In this document: positions 17,427 to 27,893 of the stretch, in pieces | Layout: each line of letters begins with the position of its first letter | Position numbering within the stretch: the stretch's first letter is position 1 | DNA from: an uncultured Microbulbifer sp. | GTDB lineage: Bacteria; Pseudomonadota; Gammaproteobacteria; Pseudomonadales; Cellvibrionaceae | Length of the DNA stretch: 64,000 nucleotides | Assembly (NCBI RefSeq): GCF_947504145.1 | Contig: NZ_CANNGQ010000001.1 | Coordinates: forward strand, 1,112,737-1,176,736 | Direction of reading: 5' to 3' | The notes under the pieces: model-generated | Told to the model about the DNA's origin: nothing | Seen by the model: the letters and a program-made list of their open reading frames with translations, nothing else | Database searches by the model: none | Program-made: the position numbers and the translations under genes

Positions 17427-18551
17427 TCAACGTTCGGAAATCGGAGTTACCTTGCGCAGATCCGGGCCGGTGTATTCCGCGCTTGGGCGGATGATGCGGT
17501 TGTCGGCGCGCTGTTCGAATACGTGGGCGGCCCAGCCGGTTACGCGGGACATGACGAAGATCGGCGTAAACAGTTTGGTGGGGATACCCATGAAGTGGTA
17601 CGCGGAGGCGTGGAAGAAGTCGGCGTTACAGAACAGCTTCTTCTCGCGCCACATGACTTCTTCACAGCGTACGGATACCGGGTACAGTACGTCGTCGCCC
17701 ACGTCGGCGGCGAGTTTTTCGGACCACTGTTTGATGATGGCGTTGCGCGGGTCGGATTCGGTGTAGACCGCGTGGCCGAAGCCCATGATCTTTTCCTTGC
17801 GCTCGAGCATGCCCATCAGTTCTTTTTCTGCTTCGTCGGCAGAGGAGAAACGCTCGATCAGTTCCATGGCTGCTTCGTTGGCGCCGCCGTGCAGCGGGCC
17901 GCGCAGGGAGCCGATGGCGCCGGTGATGCAGCTGAACAGGTCAGACAAGGTGGAGGCACATACGCGCGCGGTGAACGTTGAGGCGTTGAACTCGTGCTCT
18001 GCGTACAGGATCAGGGATACGTTCATTACCTGCGCGTGCAGGTCGTTCGGTTTTTCATCGCGCAGCATGTGCAGGAAGTGGCCGCCGATGGAGTCGTCGT
18101 CGGTTTCGGTTTCGATGCGCACGCCGTCGTGGCTGAAGCGGTACCAGTAACAAATGATGGATGGGAACGCAGCCAGCAGGCGGTTGGCGCGGTCCTGTTG
18201 CTGGTCGAAAGACTCTTCGCCTTCCAGGTTGCCCAGCATGGAGCAGCCGGTACGCATTACATCCATCGGGTGTGCGTCGGCGGGGATGCGCTCGAGCACT
18301 TCGCGCAGTGCCACGGGCAGGCCGCGCATGGTTTTCAGCACGCCTTTGTAGTCCGCCAGCTGGGCGGTGGTGGGCAGTTCGCCGTTGAAGATCAGGTAGG
18401 CGACTTCTTCGAACTCGCAGTTTTCTGCCAGGTCTTTTACGTCGTAGCCGCAGTAGGTCAGGCCGGAGCCGGATACGCCTACGGTGGACAGTGCGGTTTT
18501 ACCGGCTACCTGGCCACGCAGGCCGGCTCCGCTCAGTTTTTTCTCTGCCAT
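17427..18551 (-). CDS. prpC: 2-methylcitrate synthase
   Basis: LSGAGLRGQVAG, YAEHEFNASTF, GPLHGGANE, GFGH, NADF. Confidence 0.96.
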   Translation of the reverse strand: MAEKKLSGAGLRGQVAGKTALSTVGVSGSGLTYCGYDVKDLAENCEFEEVAYLIFNGELPTTAQLADYKGVLKTMRGLPVALREVLERIPADAHPMDVMRTGCSMLGNLEGEESFDQQQDRANRLLAAFPSIICYWYRFSHDGVRIETETDDDSIGGHFLHMLRDEKPNDLHAQVMNVSLILYAEHEFNASTFTARVCASTLSDLFSCITGAIGSLRGPLHGGANEAAMELIERFSSADEAEKELMGMLERKEKIMGFGHAVYTESDPRNAIIKQWSEKLAADVGDDVLYPVSVRCEEVMWREKKLFCNADFFHASAYHFMGIPTKLFTPIFVMSRVTGWAAHVFEQRADNRIIRPSAEYTGPDLRKVTPISER

Positions 18552-18602
18552 CGTTCATTCCCCTATTTTTGATTTGAGTTCAGTTCGATTTATTTTCCAC
18601 TC

Positions 18603-19481
18603 TTAGTTGTTAAAGAGCGCGTCGAGCTTGTCTTCGAATTCGTGGTAGTTCAGGTAGTCGTACAGTTCTGCGCGGGTCTGCATGGTGTCGACCACCGCTT
18701 GCTGGTCGCCCTGCTCGAGGATGCTGCTGTAGACGTTTTCCGCAGCCTTGTTCATGGCGCGGAAGGCGGACAGTGGGTAGAGGACCATGTCGGCACCGGA
18801 CTCGCCCAGCTCGGCTTTGTTGTACAGCTTGGTTTTACCAAACTCTGTGATGTTGGCGAGGATCGGGACGTTTAATGCGTCTTTAAAGGCGCGATAGTGT
18901 TCGAGTTCGGTCACGGCCTCGGCGAAGATGCCGTCGGCGCCGGCTTCGATACAGGCCTGGGCGCGCTCGATAGCGGCTTCCAGCCCTTCCTGGGCGAAGG
19001 CGTCTGTGCGCGCCATGATGAAGAAGTCGTCGTCATCGCGGGCGTCTACGGCGGCCTTGATGCGGTCGGCCATTTCCTCTTTGGAGACGATCTCTTTGTT
19101 CGGGCGGTGGCCGCAGCGCTTCTGGGCGACCTGATCTTCGATATGTACCGCCGCGGCGCCGGCGCGGATCATTTCTTTCACCGTGCGGCCGATATTGAAG
19201 GCGCCACCCCAACCGGTGTCGATGTCTACCAACAGCGGCAACTTGGACGCTGCGGTGATGCGGCGTACGTCTTCCAGCACGTCATTCATACTGGTCATAC
19301 CCAGGTCTGGGAGACCGTAGGAGGCATTGGCCACACCACCGCCAGACAGGTAAATCGCCTGGTGGCCGATGCGCTCGGCCATGATCGCGGTGTAGGCGTT
19401 GATGGTGCCGACCACCTGTAGGGGCTGATTTTGTTTCAGGGCCTGACGAAAGCGTGCGCCGGCGGATTCTGGTCTGCTCAT
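18603..19481 (-). CDS. prpB: 2-methylisocitrate lyase
   Basis: [27 protein letters not shown]. Start placed at MSRPESAG after a GAGG RBS. Confidence 0.96.
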   Translation of the reverse strand: MSRPESAGARFRQALKQNQPLQVVGTINAYTAIMAERIGHQAIYLSGGGVANASYGLPDLGMTSMNDVLEDVRRITAASKLPLLVDIDTGWGGAFNIGRTVKEMIRAGAAAVHIEDQVAQKRCGHRPNKEIVSKEEMADRIKAAVDARDDDDFFIMARTDAFAQEGLEAAIERAQACIEAGADGIFAEAVTELEHYRAFKDALNVPILANITEFGKTKLYNKAELGESGADMVLYPLSAFRAMNKAAENVYSSILEQGDQQAVVDTMQTRAELYDYLNYHEFEDKLDALFNN

Positions 19482-19520
19482 AACTGCCTCTTCTTTCATT
19501 AACTTCGCGTAAATTTCGTA

Positions 19521-20276
19521 TTAATTCTGCTTGGATAGCTTGTTTTCGATGTTGCTGCGGGACGCGCGGATATGGCGCCGCATCAGGATTTCGGCCAGTT
19601 CGCCATCTCCTGCTTCGATGGCTTCAATGATGTGGCTGTGTTCGCGGAAGGCGCGGTGCGCGCGGGGGCTGGCCATGCCAAGCTGGTAGCGGTACATGCG
19701 CACGCGGAAATAGAGCTTGTTGCACAGGGTGTCGATGAGCAGGTCATTGCCGGAGGCCTGCACGATGCGGAAGTGGAAGTCGAAATCCCCTTCTGGCTGG
19801 TAGTAGGCGGTACCCTTCTGCAGCTCTTCCTGCTGCTCGTGGCGCTCGAGCATCTGGCGCAGTTCCACCAGGTCTTCCTCGCTGCGATTCTCGGCGGCGA
19901 GCCGGCAGGCCATGCCTTCCAGAGCTTCGCGCACGTCGTAGATCTCCAGCAGGCCACGCTCGGTCAGGTCGACGACGCGCGCGCCCACATTGACCCGGCG
20001 CTCAATCAGGCTGAGGGATTCCAACCGCATCAGGGCTTCCCGCAGGCTGCCGCGGCTGGCATCAAAGCGGCGGGCCAGCTCTGGCTCGCTGATCTTGCTA
20101 CCGGCGGCGATACGGCCTTCCACAATCTCGCTGCGCAGGGTGAGAAACAGGCGGTCTGCGAGACTCTGAGATCCGGACGTGCTCTTGGCAGCACCAATAC
20201 TGGTGCCAACGGCGGCTTCAGCCCCGGAATCCGCATCAGCGCTGTCTGTCGACGATTTACTGACCTGTTGTTCCAC
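19521..20276 (-). CDS. GntR/FCD-family regulator of the prp operon
   Basis: GntR wHTH (ISEPELARRFDASRGSLREAL) plus FCD domain (DFDFHFRI, EHSHIIEAI). First gene of the prp operon. Confidence 0.9.
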   Translation of the reverse strand: MEQQVSKSSTDSADADSGAEAAVGTSIGAAKSTSGSQSLADRLFLTLRSEIVEGRIAAGSKISEPELARRFDASRGSLREALMRLESLSLIERRVNVGARVVDLTERGLLEIYDVREALEGMACRLAAENRSEEDLVELRQMLERHEQQEELQKGTAYYQPEGDFDFHFRIVQASGNDLLIDTLCNKLYFRVRMYRYQLGMASPRAHRAFREHSHIIEAIEAGDGELAEILMRRHIRASRSNIENKLSKQN

Positions 20277-20340
20277 TTTTCCGCCCCTCTCGCACCGTCA
20301 CCCGTTCGAATCGTAGCGATTCTGTTGTGCACCAACCAAT

Positions 20341-20352
20341 ATTGTCGACACT
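20341..20352. promoter_or_regulatory. Probable operator of the GntR-type PrpR
   Basis: Near-palindrome ATTGTCGACACT about 65 bp upstream of the regulator start. A weaker related site CTGTCAACAC occurs near 20405. Confidence 0.6.
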
Positions 20353-20771
20353 TTTAAAGTTTATGGAGCTTAAATAACCATTTTTACGCCGTCAATTGCA
20401 TTTTCTGTCAACACTTTACCTTTTCGTGACTGACTTAACGGTCATGAAGAGTACGGAGAATTCACGGGAAGATTGCGGCGACAGCGAGTTTGCACGCCCA
20501 TTCCGGCGCAATCGCGCGGCGACTGGCCGATACTGGCCGTCCACAGCGGGAAGAATGGTAGTCTTGAAAAAGTGATATGGGCATAATAGCGCCCGCACTG
20601 ACTGCGATGCCCTCTGTGGGGCATAAACGCGCTCGTTCACTCTATTCTTAATGGGGACGCAGTGTCGGGGCTTTTAGGGTCCAGGGTTTTCAGTCGGGTC
20701 GTGTCACCCGCTATTTACACCAGCAGTTTGTCGCCAGGTTGTTAATCGAGAGTATCGAGCAGAATTGAATC

Positions 20772-21293
20772 ATGCCTAAGAGTGTTATCAGGCGCTGGCT
20801 GCCAACTCCCGAACAAGTGCGCGCGAATAGCGGCCTGAAGATTCTCGGCACCCTGCTCCACGATCCAAACCTGTTCCACCTCAACCGTCACTCGGTCTCA
20901 GTGGCTTTTGCGGTTGGCGTCTTCACCAGCTTCCTTCCCCTGCCCGGCCAGATGCTGATTGCCGCGGTATTGGCGCTGTGGTTCCGCTGCAACCTGCCTC
21001 TCTCGATGGCACTGGTGTGGATCAGCAACCCGGTCACCATGCCTGCCATTTTCTACAGCACCTACAAGTTTGGCGCCTGGCTACTCGGAACGCCGCACAT
21101 GCCGTTCAAGATTGAGTTGTCGTGGGAGTGGTTGACGGAAGAAGTGGGAAGAATCTGGTTGCCACTCTTTTCAGGCTCATTGATCTGCGGCATCTTCTTT
21201 GCCGCCGTGGCGTATTTTTCCATGCAGGCCATCTGGCGCTGGCACGTGGTTAAACGCTGGAAAGCTCGACTGGAACAACGTAAAGCCCAGTAA
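20772..21293 (+). CDS. DUF2062-family membrane protein
   Basis: LFHLNRHSVSVAFAVGVF, LPLPGQM, NLPLSMALVWISNPVT. Confidence 0.9.
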   Translation: MPKSVIRRWLPTPEQVRANSGLKILGTLLHDPNLFHLNRHSVSVAFAVGVFTSFLPLPGQMLIAAVLALWFRCNLPLSMALVWISNPVTMPAIFYSTYKFGAWLLGTPHMPFKIELSWEWLTEEVGRIWLPLFSGSLICGIFFAAVAYFSMQAIWRWHVVKRWKARLEQRKAQ

Positions 21294-21451
21294 CCCATCT
21301 CTTTGAACGCGATAATTTTCGCGCCCCACCCAAAACCTGTCGCCCAATCGGTTAACAATTCAGTAGACCGGTCATCCCCCGAAAAATATTCAAAATTTCG
21401 CTTTGTGAACTAAGGCGCCGCAATATTTGACACAGTTCGCGCAGAATCCGC

Positions 21452-21465
21452 ATTGGTCAACCAAT
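21452..21465. promoter_or_regulatory. Palindromic operator upstream of the alginate lyase
   Basis: Perfect inverted repeat ATTGGT-CA-ACCAAT, with a half-site TGACCAAT at 21491-21498. Resembles FadR-subfamily GntR sites. Confidence 0.55.
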
Positions 21466-21713
21466 TCTTTAAATTTTTTTTACATTCAATTGACCAATTA
21501 TTTTTTATTACGCATTGTTATTCCTGATCAGGCCGAACAACACAATAACGACTGGCTCGATCTTTATTACATGAACCACATTTGTGGTTCCGCAGTTTGT
21601 AATAGTTTCTTAAATGCAATCTTAGTGCGGCACAAATTTCAGGGGCGAGCCACTCATGGCTAGCTTCCGGGTTTGTTTTGCCCTGAGAAAATAAAAATGC
21701 AAGGAATTATGTA

Positions 21714-24392
21714 ATGAATATGCATAAATGCTCACCGATAAAATTGGTGGCAGCTCTACTGATTGCATCGCAATCAGTCGTGAGTTTTGCCGCTGATCCG
21801 GTAGGTGTTACTGCCTCTAGCGATGATGGCAATTCACCAGAAAACACACTCGACAACAGCCTTTCTACACGCTGGTCTGCCCAGGGCGACGGCGAATGGA
21901 TTGAGTACGACCTGGGAACCAGCTACTCCGTAGAAGCACTGGACATTGCCTTCTACAAAGGCGACCAGCGAACCGCTACGGTGGATATTCAAACCTCCGA
22001 CGATGGCAACGACTGGCAGACCGTGTTCTCCGGCGATCAGCCTTCCAGCACCTCAAGCCAGCAAACCATTGACGTTACCGATAGCGACGCACAGTACGTA
22101 CGCATCGTGGGTTACGGCAATTCATCCAATGACTGGAACAGCATTACCGAGGTGGACATCACCACTTCAGAAGCCGGCTCTGGCGGCGGCGATCCTGGCT
22201 GTAGCGCCTGTGTACCGGAAGTGGTTGCCACAGCAAGCAGTGACGACGGCAACGGCCCGGAAAACGTGCTGGATGAAGACTTTGGCACACGCTGGTCAGC
22301 AAACGGCAGTGGCCAGTGGCTGCAACTGGACCTGGGTGAAACCCAGCAGGTTGGCAGCGTAAATATCGCCTTCTACAACGGCAGTGACCGCACCTCATCC
22401 TTCGACATCGAAACCAGTGACGACGCCTCCAGCTGGGAAACCGTACTTTCTGGCGGTGTTAGCAGCGGCAACTCCACTTCCCTGGAAAACTTCTCACTGT
22501 TCGAGATCGATGCGCGCTACGTGCGTTACGTGGGCTTCGGTAACAGCGAAAGCTCCTGGAACTCACTGACCGAGATGAGCGTGAGTGCCGACAATGGCAA
22601 CTCCGATCCGATTGGTGGCGGCAGTAGCAGCAGTAGTAGTAGTGGTGGCAGCAGCAGTGGCGGCTCTTCCAACTGTGAAACTTCCAGCACCTCCAGCGAT
22701 GTGACTGTTGGCTGCCTGGAATATGGCTCCGGTGGCACCCTGCCAATGGCGAACATCAGCCCATCAAATGATCCCGGTGAAAACTTTGATCTGAGCACCT
22801 GGAAAATTACCTATCCGGATGCCAGTGAAGAATACCCACCGCAGGTCAGCGCCAACGAGTTCTATACCGATAGCTCAACAGGTGCGATGGTATTCCAGTG
22901 CCCCAATAACGGCGGTTCCACCGCAAACTCTTCTTATTCACGCACTGAGCTGCGGGAAATGCTGAATGAGAGCGCAGGTACCACCAGCCTCGGCAACAAC
23001 TGGGTGATCTCCACTGCGTCCAGCTCCGACCAGAGTGCGGCTGCAGGCGTAGATGGCAACATGAAAGCCACGATCTCTGTGGACCATGTATCTGACACCT
23101 ACGATTCCGGTTCCGAGTGGCGCGTTGGCCGCGTGGTAGTTGGCCAGATTCACGCCTCCGATAACGAACCGTTCAAGGTTTACTATCGCAAGCTGCCGGG
23201 CCACACCAAAGGCTGGGTCTACATGGCCTATGAAGATTCGGACACCGAAATTTTCATCCCGCTGTTTGGCGATTCCGGAACCGATGAATACGGTTTGACC
23301 TCTACCGTTGAGCCTGTTGAACACGGTATCGAATTGGGTGAAAAATGGGGTTACGAAGTCAACGTGGAAGGACGCGAGATGACCGTAACCGTAACCAAGT
23401 CTGATGGCACCTGGGCACGTCAAACCATTTTCTGGGCGGAAGAGTTCAACGATGACTGGTTTTACTTTAAAGCCGGCTCTTACAACCAGAACAACGGTGG
23501 TGACAGCGGAGACTACGCGCAGGTTTCTTTCTATAACTTCGAGGTTACTCACGACGGTGACAGTGGCTCCAGCAGCTCCAGTTCCGGCGGCGGTTCCAGC
23601 TCTAGCTCAAGCTCCAGCAGCAGCTCTTCTGGTGGCGGCAGCTCTTCCGGCTCTGGGTCTGTACCTTCTGACCTGATGGACAATTGCAACCAGTGGAAGA
23701 TCACCTACCCCACCGGTGAAGAAGATAAAACCTTGTGCGGCGAAGCCAATAACGAGTATTTCTACGTGAATGAAGCGGGTGACGGCATGGTGTTTTATGC
23801 TCCGATCCGGACCGATAACGGTACCACGCCCAACTCCAGCTACATTCGCTCTGAATTGCGCGAGCGCGAGCCCGATGGCAGCCTGGATGTTTACTGGACC
23901 ACTGACGGCCAGCACATTGTTTACGTGAAACAGGCGATCACACACCTACCCATGGTGAAAGATCACCTTGTTGCTACTCAGATTCACGGAAACAAAGACG
24001 AAGGGATTGATGACGCCATGGTCTTGCGACTGGAAGGCGATCATCTGTTCCTGAGCTTCAACGGTGGTCAATTGCGCGATGATCTCACGATCAAGAATGG
24101 CTACCAGCTCGGCACCACCCATGAAATTATCTTCGAAGTGGTTGATGGTCGGCACTACGCCTACTACAGCGAAGACGGCAATCTCGCTGACGCCTTCCTG
24201 TCCGGCAACGCAGACCAGTACCTGGTGAGAGACGGCTCCAATGACTACGTCATGGACCGCGACTACGGTGAAGCCTACTTCAAGATTGGCAACTACACCC
24301 AGAGTAATGCTGACCGTGAAGGCGATTACGCCGATCACCCAGATAACTATGGTGAAGTTGTGGTTTACGACTACTGGATTGACCACCAGTAA
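21714..24392 (+). CDS. Secreted modular alginate lyase: CBM32-CBM32-PL7-PL7 with Ser/Gly linkers
   Basis: Signal peptide. Two F5/8C modules (TRWSA, DLG, YVR, WNS). PL7 #1: WKIT, RTELREM, QIH, YFKAGSYNQ. PL7 #2: WKIT, RSELRER, QIH, YFKIGNYTQ. Confidence 0.92.
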   Translation: MNMHKCSPIKLVAALLIASQSVVSFAADPVGVTASSDDGNSPENTLDNSLSTRWSAQGDGEWIEYDLGTSYSVEALDIAFYKGDQRTATVDIQTSDDGNDWQTVFSGDQPSSTSSQQTIDVTDSDAQYVRIVGYGNSSNDWNSITEVDITTSEAGSGGGDPGCSACVPEVVATASSDDGNGPENVLDEDFGTRWSANGSGQWLQLDLGETQQVGSVNIAFYNGSDRTSSFDIETSDDASSWETVLSGGVSSGNSTSLENFSLFEIDARYVRYVGFGNSESSWNSLTEMSVSADNGNSDPIGGGSSSSSSSGGSSSGGSSNCETSSTSSDVTVGCLEYGSGGTLPMANISPSNDPGENFDLSTWKITYPDASEEYPPQVSANEFYTDSSTGAMVFQCPNNGGSTANSSYSRTELREMLNESAGTTSLGNNWVISTASSSDQSAAAGVDGNMKATISVDHVSDTYDSGSEWRVGRVVVGQIHASDNEPFKVYYRKLPGHTKGWVYMAYEDSDTEIFIPLFGDSGTDEYGLTSTVEPVEHGIELGEKWGYEVNVEGREMTVTVTKSDGTWARQTIFWAEEFNDDWFYFKAGSYNQNNGGDSGDYAQVSFYNFEVTHDGDSGSSSSSSGGGSSSSSSSSSSSSGGGSSSGSGSVPSDLMDNCNQWKITYPTGEEDKTLCGEANNEYFYVNEAGDGMVFYAPIRTDNGTTPNSSYIRSELREREPDGSLDVYWTTDGQHIVYVKQAITHLPMVKDHLVATQIHGNKDEGIDDAMVLRLEGDHLFLSFNGGQLRDDLTIKNGYQLGTTHEIIFEVVDGRHYAYYSEDGNLADAFLSGNADQYLVRDGSNDYVMDRDYGEAYFKIGNYTQSNADREGDYADHPDNYGEVVVYDYWIDHQ

Positions 24393-24409
24393 TCGGATTG
24401 CGCTTTGTT

Positions 24410-24471
24410 ATCCCGGGCCTGGCCCGGGATTCAGAACGTTGAACCGCAGGATGCCGGGCCAAGGCCCGGCA
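24410..24471. repeat. Pair of related GC hairpins downstream of the lyase
   Basis: ATCCCGGGCC-T-GGCCCGGGAT (24410-24430) and TGCCGGGCC-AA-GGCCCGGCA (24452-24471). Confidence 0.6.
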
Positions 24472-24478
24472 GACTATT

Positions 24479-25747
24479 TTAAAAGTCCTGACGCAAGGCC
24501 GCAGCAGGCTGAACCCGACTGGCCTGGAAGGCTGGATACAGAGTGGCAATCAGGCTGAGTAAGAACCCCGCCCCTACTACCAGTGCCACATCCCCCCATT
24601 CCAATTCCGACGGCAGGTAGTCCACCGGATACACATCGGATTTGAGAAACTGAATACCGAACAGCGACTCGAGCCCCGCCACCGCATCGGTAACCAACAG
24701 CGACCCGACCACGCCAAGTAATCCCCCCACAAGCACCCCGATCAGCCCGACCAGTGCGCCCTGGCTCACAAACGTCAGCAGGATTTCGCGGGTACTGGCA
24801 CCCATGGTGCGCAGGATGGCGATATCGCCGTGTTTATCGATCACTACCATCACCAGAGTGGAAACCACGTTGAACGCGGCAATGGCGATAATCAGGAAGA
24901 CCAGCAGGCTCACCAGGTTGCGCGACATCTGGATCGCCTGATACAGGTTACCGTGGGTCCCGGTCCAGTCGTTGCCGTAGTAGCCTTCCGTGGGAAGCTG
25001 TTGTAGCAGCTGCTGGAACACGGAGAACGAGCGCAACATGTTCTCCATCCGCATCTGTACCCCGGCGCCGCCAGCGCCACCGGCGAGGGTTTGGGCCTGC
25101 GTCCAATCTACTAGCGCCAGAGAGTGATCCAACGCGGTGCCTGAGTGGAAAATATCCACCACGCGGAATCCTGCCAGCTGCGCCGCGGTGCGCCCACCAC
25201 CCTCCGAGCTACCACTTTGCGGAACGATCACAGAGAGCTGCTCACCGACGCTAATTTCCAGCTTATCGGCAATGCCGCGACCGAGAATGATGCCCGGCTC
25301 AGCGGGGTTGCTGGTAAGCGCGGCGAAGCTATCAGGCTGCAAAAAATCATTGATGCTCGACACATCGACGATGGTTTCCGGATTGATACCCTGAACCAGA
25401 AGCGGCGTGACTTCCAACCCGTTGCGGGCCAAGCCGTTTACCTGCCACACCTCGGCGGCGGCCGTTACACCCGGTGCCGCAGCCACCTGCTCGCGCACTT
25501 GTGTCCAGTCGATGTCTGGGCTGGCGTTGTACACGGTGGCGTGCGGCATGATGCCGAGAATGCGTTCACGCAGTTCGCGGTCAAAGCCGTTCATCACGGA
25601 CATCACCACGATCATCAACGCGACGCCGAGAATCAGGCCGATCATGGATAGCCCGGAGATAAACGACACCAGTCCAGCGGAATCCTGGTCGCTGCGTTGG
25701 GCGCCTGCGTAACGCAGGCCGATAAACGCCGGTAGAGGTCTAAACAT
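24479..25747 (-). CDS. lolE: Lipoprotein-releasing ABC transporter permease
   Basis: FIGLRY, SVMNGF, AFNVVSTLVM, ILRTMGAS, YPA...QPAAALR. Third gene of the lol operon. Confidence 0.9.
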   Translation of the reverse strand: MFRPLPAFIGLRYAGAQRSDQDSAGLVSFISGLSMIGLILGVALMIVVMSVMNGFDRELRERILGIMPHATVYNASPDIDWTQVREQVAAAPGVTAAAEVWQVNGLARNGLEVTPLLVQGINPETIVDVSSINDFLQPDSFAALTSNPAEPGIILGRGIADKLEISVGEQLSVIVPQSGSSEGGGRTAAQLAGFRVVDIFHSGTALDHSLALVDWTQAQTLAGGAGGAGVQMRMENMLRSFSVFQQLLQQLPTEGYYGNDWTGTHGNLYQAIQMSRNLVSLLVFLIIAIAAFNVVSTLVMVVIDKHGDIAILRTMGASTREILLTFVSQGALVGLIGVLVGGLLGVVGSLLVTDAVAGLESLFGIQFLKSDVYPVDYLPSELEWGDVALVVGAGFLLSLIATLYPAFQASRVQPAAALRQDF

Positions 25748-25755
25748 ACGTCACC

Positions 25756-26505
25756 TTAAACATGGTCGCCCGGCTTCCAGTTTTCGACCAGCTGACCATC
25801 TACCAGGTGCAGGCAGCGGTCGAGGGCCGCGGCCAGATCCGGGTCGTGGGTAACGATCACAAAGCTGATGCCGGTTTCACGGTTGAGGCGATCCATCAGC
25901 TTGTGAATTTCTTTTGCGGTCGCGCGATCCAGGTTGCCTGTTGGTTCATCCATCAGCACGCAGGCAGGCCGGGCAACCAGAGCGCGGGCAATGGCCACGC
26001 GCTGGCGTTCGCCACCCGAGAGCTGTGCAGGCTTGTGCGTGAGGCGCTGGCCGAGGCCGACAGCCTCAAGCATTTCTTGCGCGGCAGCGCGGGATTCCGA
26101 CACCGAGCGTTTGCCAATCAGCAGCGGCATGGCCACATTTTCCAGCGCGGAAAATTCGTTCAGCAGGTGGTGGAACTGATACACGAAGCCGAGGCTGCTG
26201 TTGCGCAGCCAGCCGCGCTCGTTGGCATTCAGTGTCGCGAGGTTTTTACCACCCACCCACACTTCACCGGTAGTGGGTGTATCCAACCCACCCAGCAAGT
26301 TCAGCAAAGTCGATTTACCGGAACCGGAGGCGCCAACGATGGCCAGGCGCTCGCCCTTGGGTACCTGGAGTTCAACATCGCGCAGTACGTCGAGCTGATT
26401 GGCCCCCTGGCGGTAAGTTTTTGACAGTTGATGGCAGGCCAGCACCACGTCGGCGGACGCCTGCGGGCGGGATTCTTCCGGGTGAATTTCCACTTGGCTG
26501 TTCAT
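25756..26505 (-). CDS. lolD: Lipoprotein-releasing ABC transporter ATPase
   Basis: [36 protein letters not shown]. Confidence 0.95.
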   Translation of the reverse strand: MNSQVEIHPEESRPQASADVVLACHQLSKTYRQGANQLDVLRDVELQVPKGERLAIVGASGSGKSTLLNLLGGLDTPTTGEVWVGGKNLATLNANERGWLRNSSLGFVYQFHHLLNEFSALENVAMPLLIGKRSVSESRAAAQEMLEAVGLGQRLTHKPAQLSGGERQRVAIARALVARPACVLMDEPTGNLDRATAKEIHKLMDRLNRETGISFVIVTHDPDLAAALDRCLHLVDGQLVENWKPGDHV

Positions 26506-26565
26506 CTTATGATTCGTTTACCTTTTGGCAGAGCGATATAAACCGACTGCCGAATTTATCTTGGT

Positions 26566-27807
26566 TTATTCGTAACGGAGCGCTTCGGCGGGCTCAATCT
26601 GTGCGGCACGCCAGGCCGGGAACAAGGTCGCCAGCAGACTCATGATGACGGCAGCACTCAAGACCATGATTGCATCGCCGGGGCGAAATTCCGAGGGCAG
26701 GAAGCTGACGAAAAATACCTGCGGGTCGAAGATACGCGCACCCACCACATGCTCAATCCAGGAAACCAGGTCCGTCAGGTTCAGCGCGATCAATGTCCCC
26801 AAAAGCCCGCCAGCCAGCGCGCCGATAATGCCGATGGCGCTACCCTGCACTACGAATACCGCCATTATCTGGCGAGAGGTAAGCCCGAGGGTACGCAGTA
26901 CCGCAATATCCGAGCGCTTGTCTGCAACCATCAACACCAGTGCAGAAACAATATTGAATGCGGCGACCGCCACAATGATCATCAACATCAGTGTGACGAC
27001 CGTCTTTTCCATTTTTACTGCCTGGAACAGGCTGCCCTGTGAGTGGCTCCAGTCTTCTCCGGTGAAACCATCACCAAGGGATTCTGCATAACCTTCCACC
27101 CGCCCGAGAGCGTTGTTCATATCGTCAAATTTGAGCTGCAGGCCCTGCACCTTGCCGGGCATGCGCAGCAGGCGTGCCGCGTCGTCGAGATGCATCAGCG
27201 CCATGTTCTGATCCACCTGCGCGCCCACGGAGAATACGCCGGCAACGGTGAAGCGTTTGGTGCGGGGGAAAATACCGGCGGGCGTGATAACCACTTCCGG
27301 CAAGGTGAGGATGACACTGTCACCAGGAATCACGCCCAGCTGGCGCGCGAGAATACGCCCGAGAACAATGTTGTAACTGCGGGGCTCCAGCGTATCCAGG
27401 CTCCCCATCAGCATATGCTCGCCGACCGCAGAAACTTCACGCAGCGCCACCGGGTCGACCCCCTGAAACTCCACACCCTGGGATTGATTATTCGCCCCGA
27501 GCAATGCGAACCCACGCACGAAGGGACTGGCGGCGATGACATGAGGCTGCTGGCGAAGAGTATCGGCAATGGCAGGCCAGCCTTCCAGGCCACTCTTCTG
27601 CTCCACGAAGCCGTGGGGTACCACGGAGAGAATGCGGGTCTTCAGCTCGCGGTCGAACCCGTTCATCACCGAGGTCACCACAATCAGCGCCAGCACACCG
27701 AGCGCCATACCCAACAGCGAGAACCCGTTGATAAAGGAAATAAACTGCTGCCGGCGGCGGGCGGCGACGTAGCGGAGGCCAATGTAGAGGGAAACTGGTT
27801 TTATCAT
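26566..27807 (-). CDS. lolC: Lipoprotein-releasing ABC transporter permease
   Basis: YIGLRY, SVMNGFDRE, AVKMEK, FNIVSAL, PAEALRYE. Confidence 0.9.
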   Translation of the reverse strand: MIKPVSLYIGLRYVAARRRQQFISFINGFSLLGMALGVLALIVVTSVMNGFDRELKTRILSVVPHGFVEQKSGLEGWPAIADTLRQQPHVIAASPFVRGFALLGANNQSQGVEFQGVDPVALREVSAVGEHMLMGSLDTLEPRSYNIVLGRILARQLGVIPGDSVILTLPEVVITPAGIFPRTKRFTVAGVFSVGAQVDQNMALMHLDDAARLLRMPGKVQGLQLKFDDMNNALGRVEGYAESLGDGFTGEDWSHSQGSLFQAVKMEKTVVTLMLMIIVAVAAFNIVSALVLMVADKRSDIAVLRTLGLTSRQIMAVFVVQGSAIGIIGALAGGLLGTLIALNLTDLVSWIEHVVGARIFDPQVFFVSFLPSEFRPGDAIMVLSAAVIMSLLATLFPAWRAAQIEPAEALRYE

Positions 27808-27893
27808 GCAGTTGATTTAAGCGGAAAAACGCCAAGAAATCCAAGTATTTACGCATAACACCTGGTTCCGTCCTGCAATTTGGACAACACCGT

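Noticed and set aside
15865-17766. 633-aa + strand ORF across acnD/prpC
   Set aside because: In-register antisense shadow of GC-rich, codon-biased genes. The same applies to 37387-38709, 40468-42078 and 59286-60497.
22610-23660. AGC/AGT-rich tandem repeats (22610-22670 and 23560-23660)
   Set aside because: They encode ordinary poly-Ser/Gly linkers of the modular lyase.
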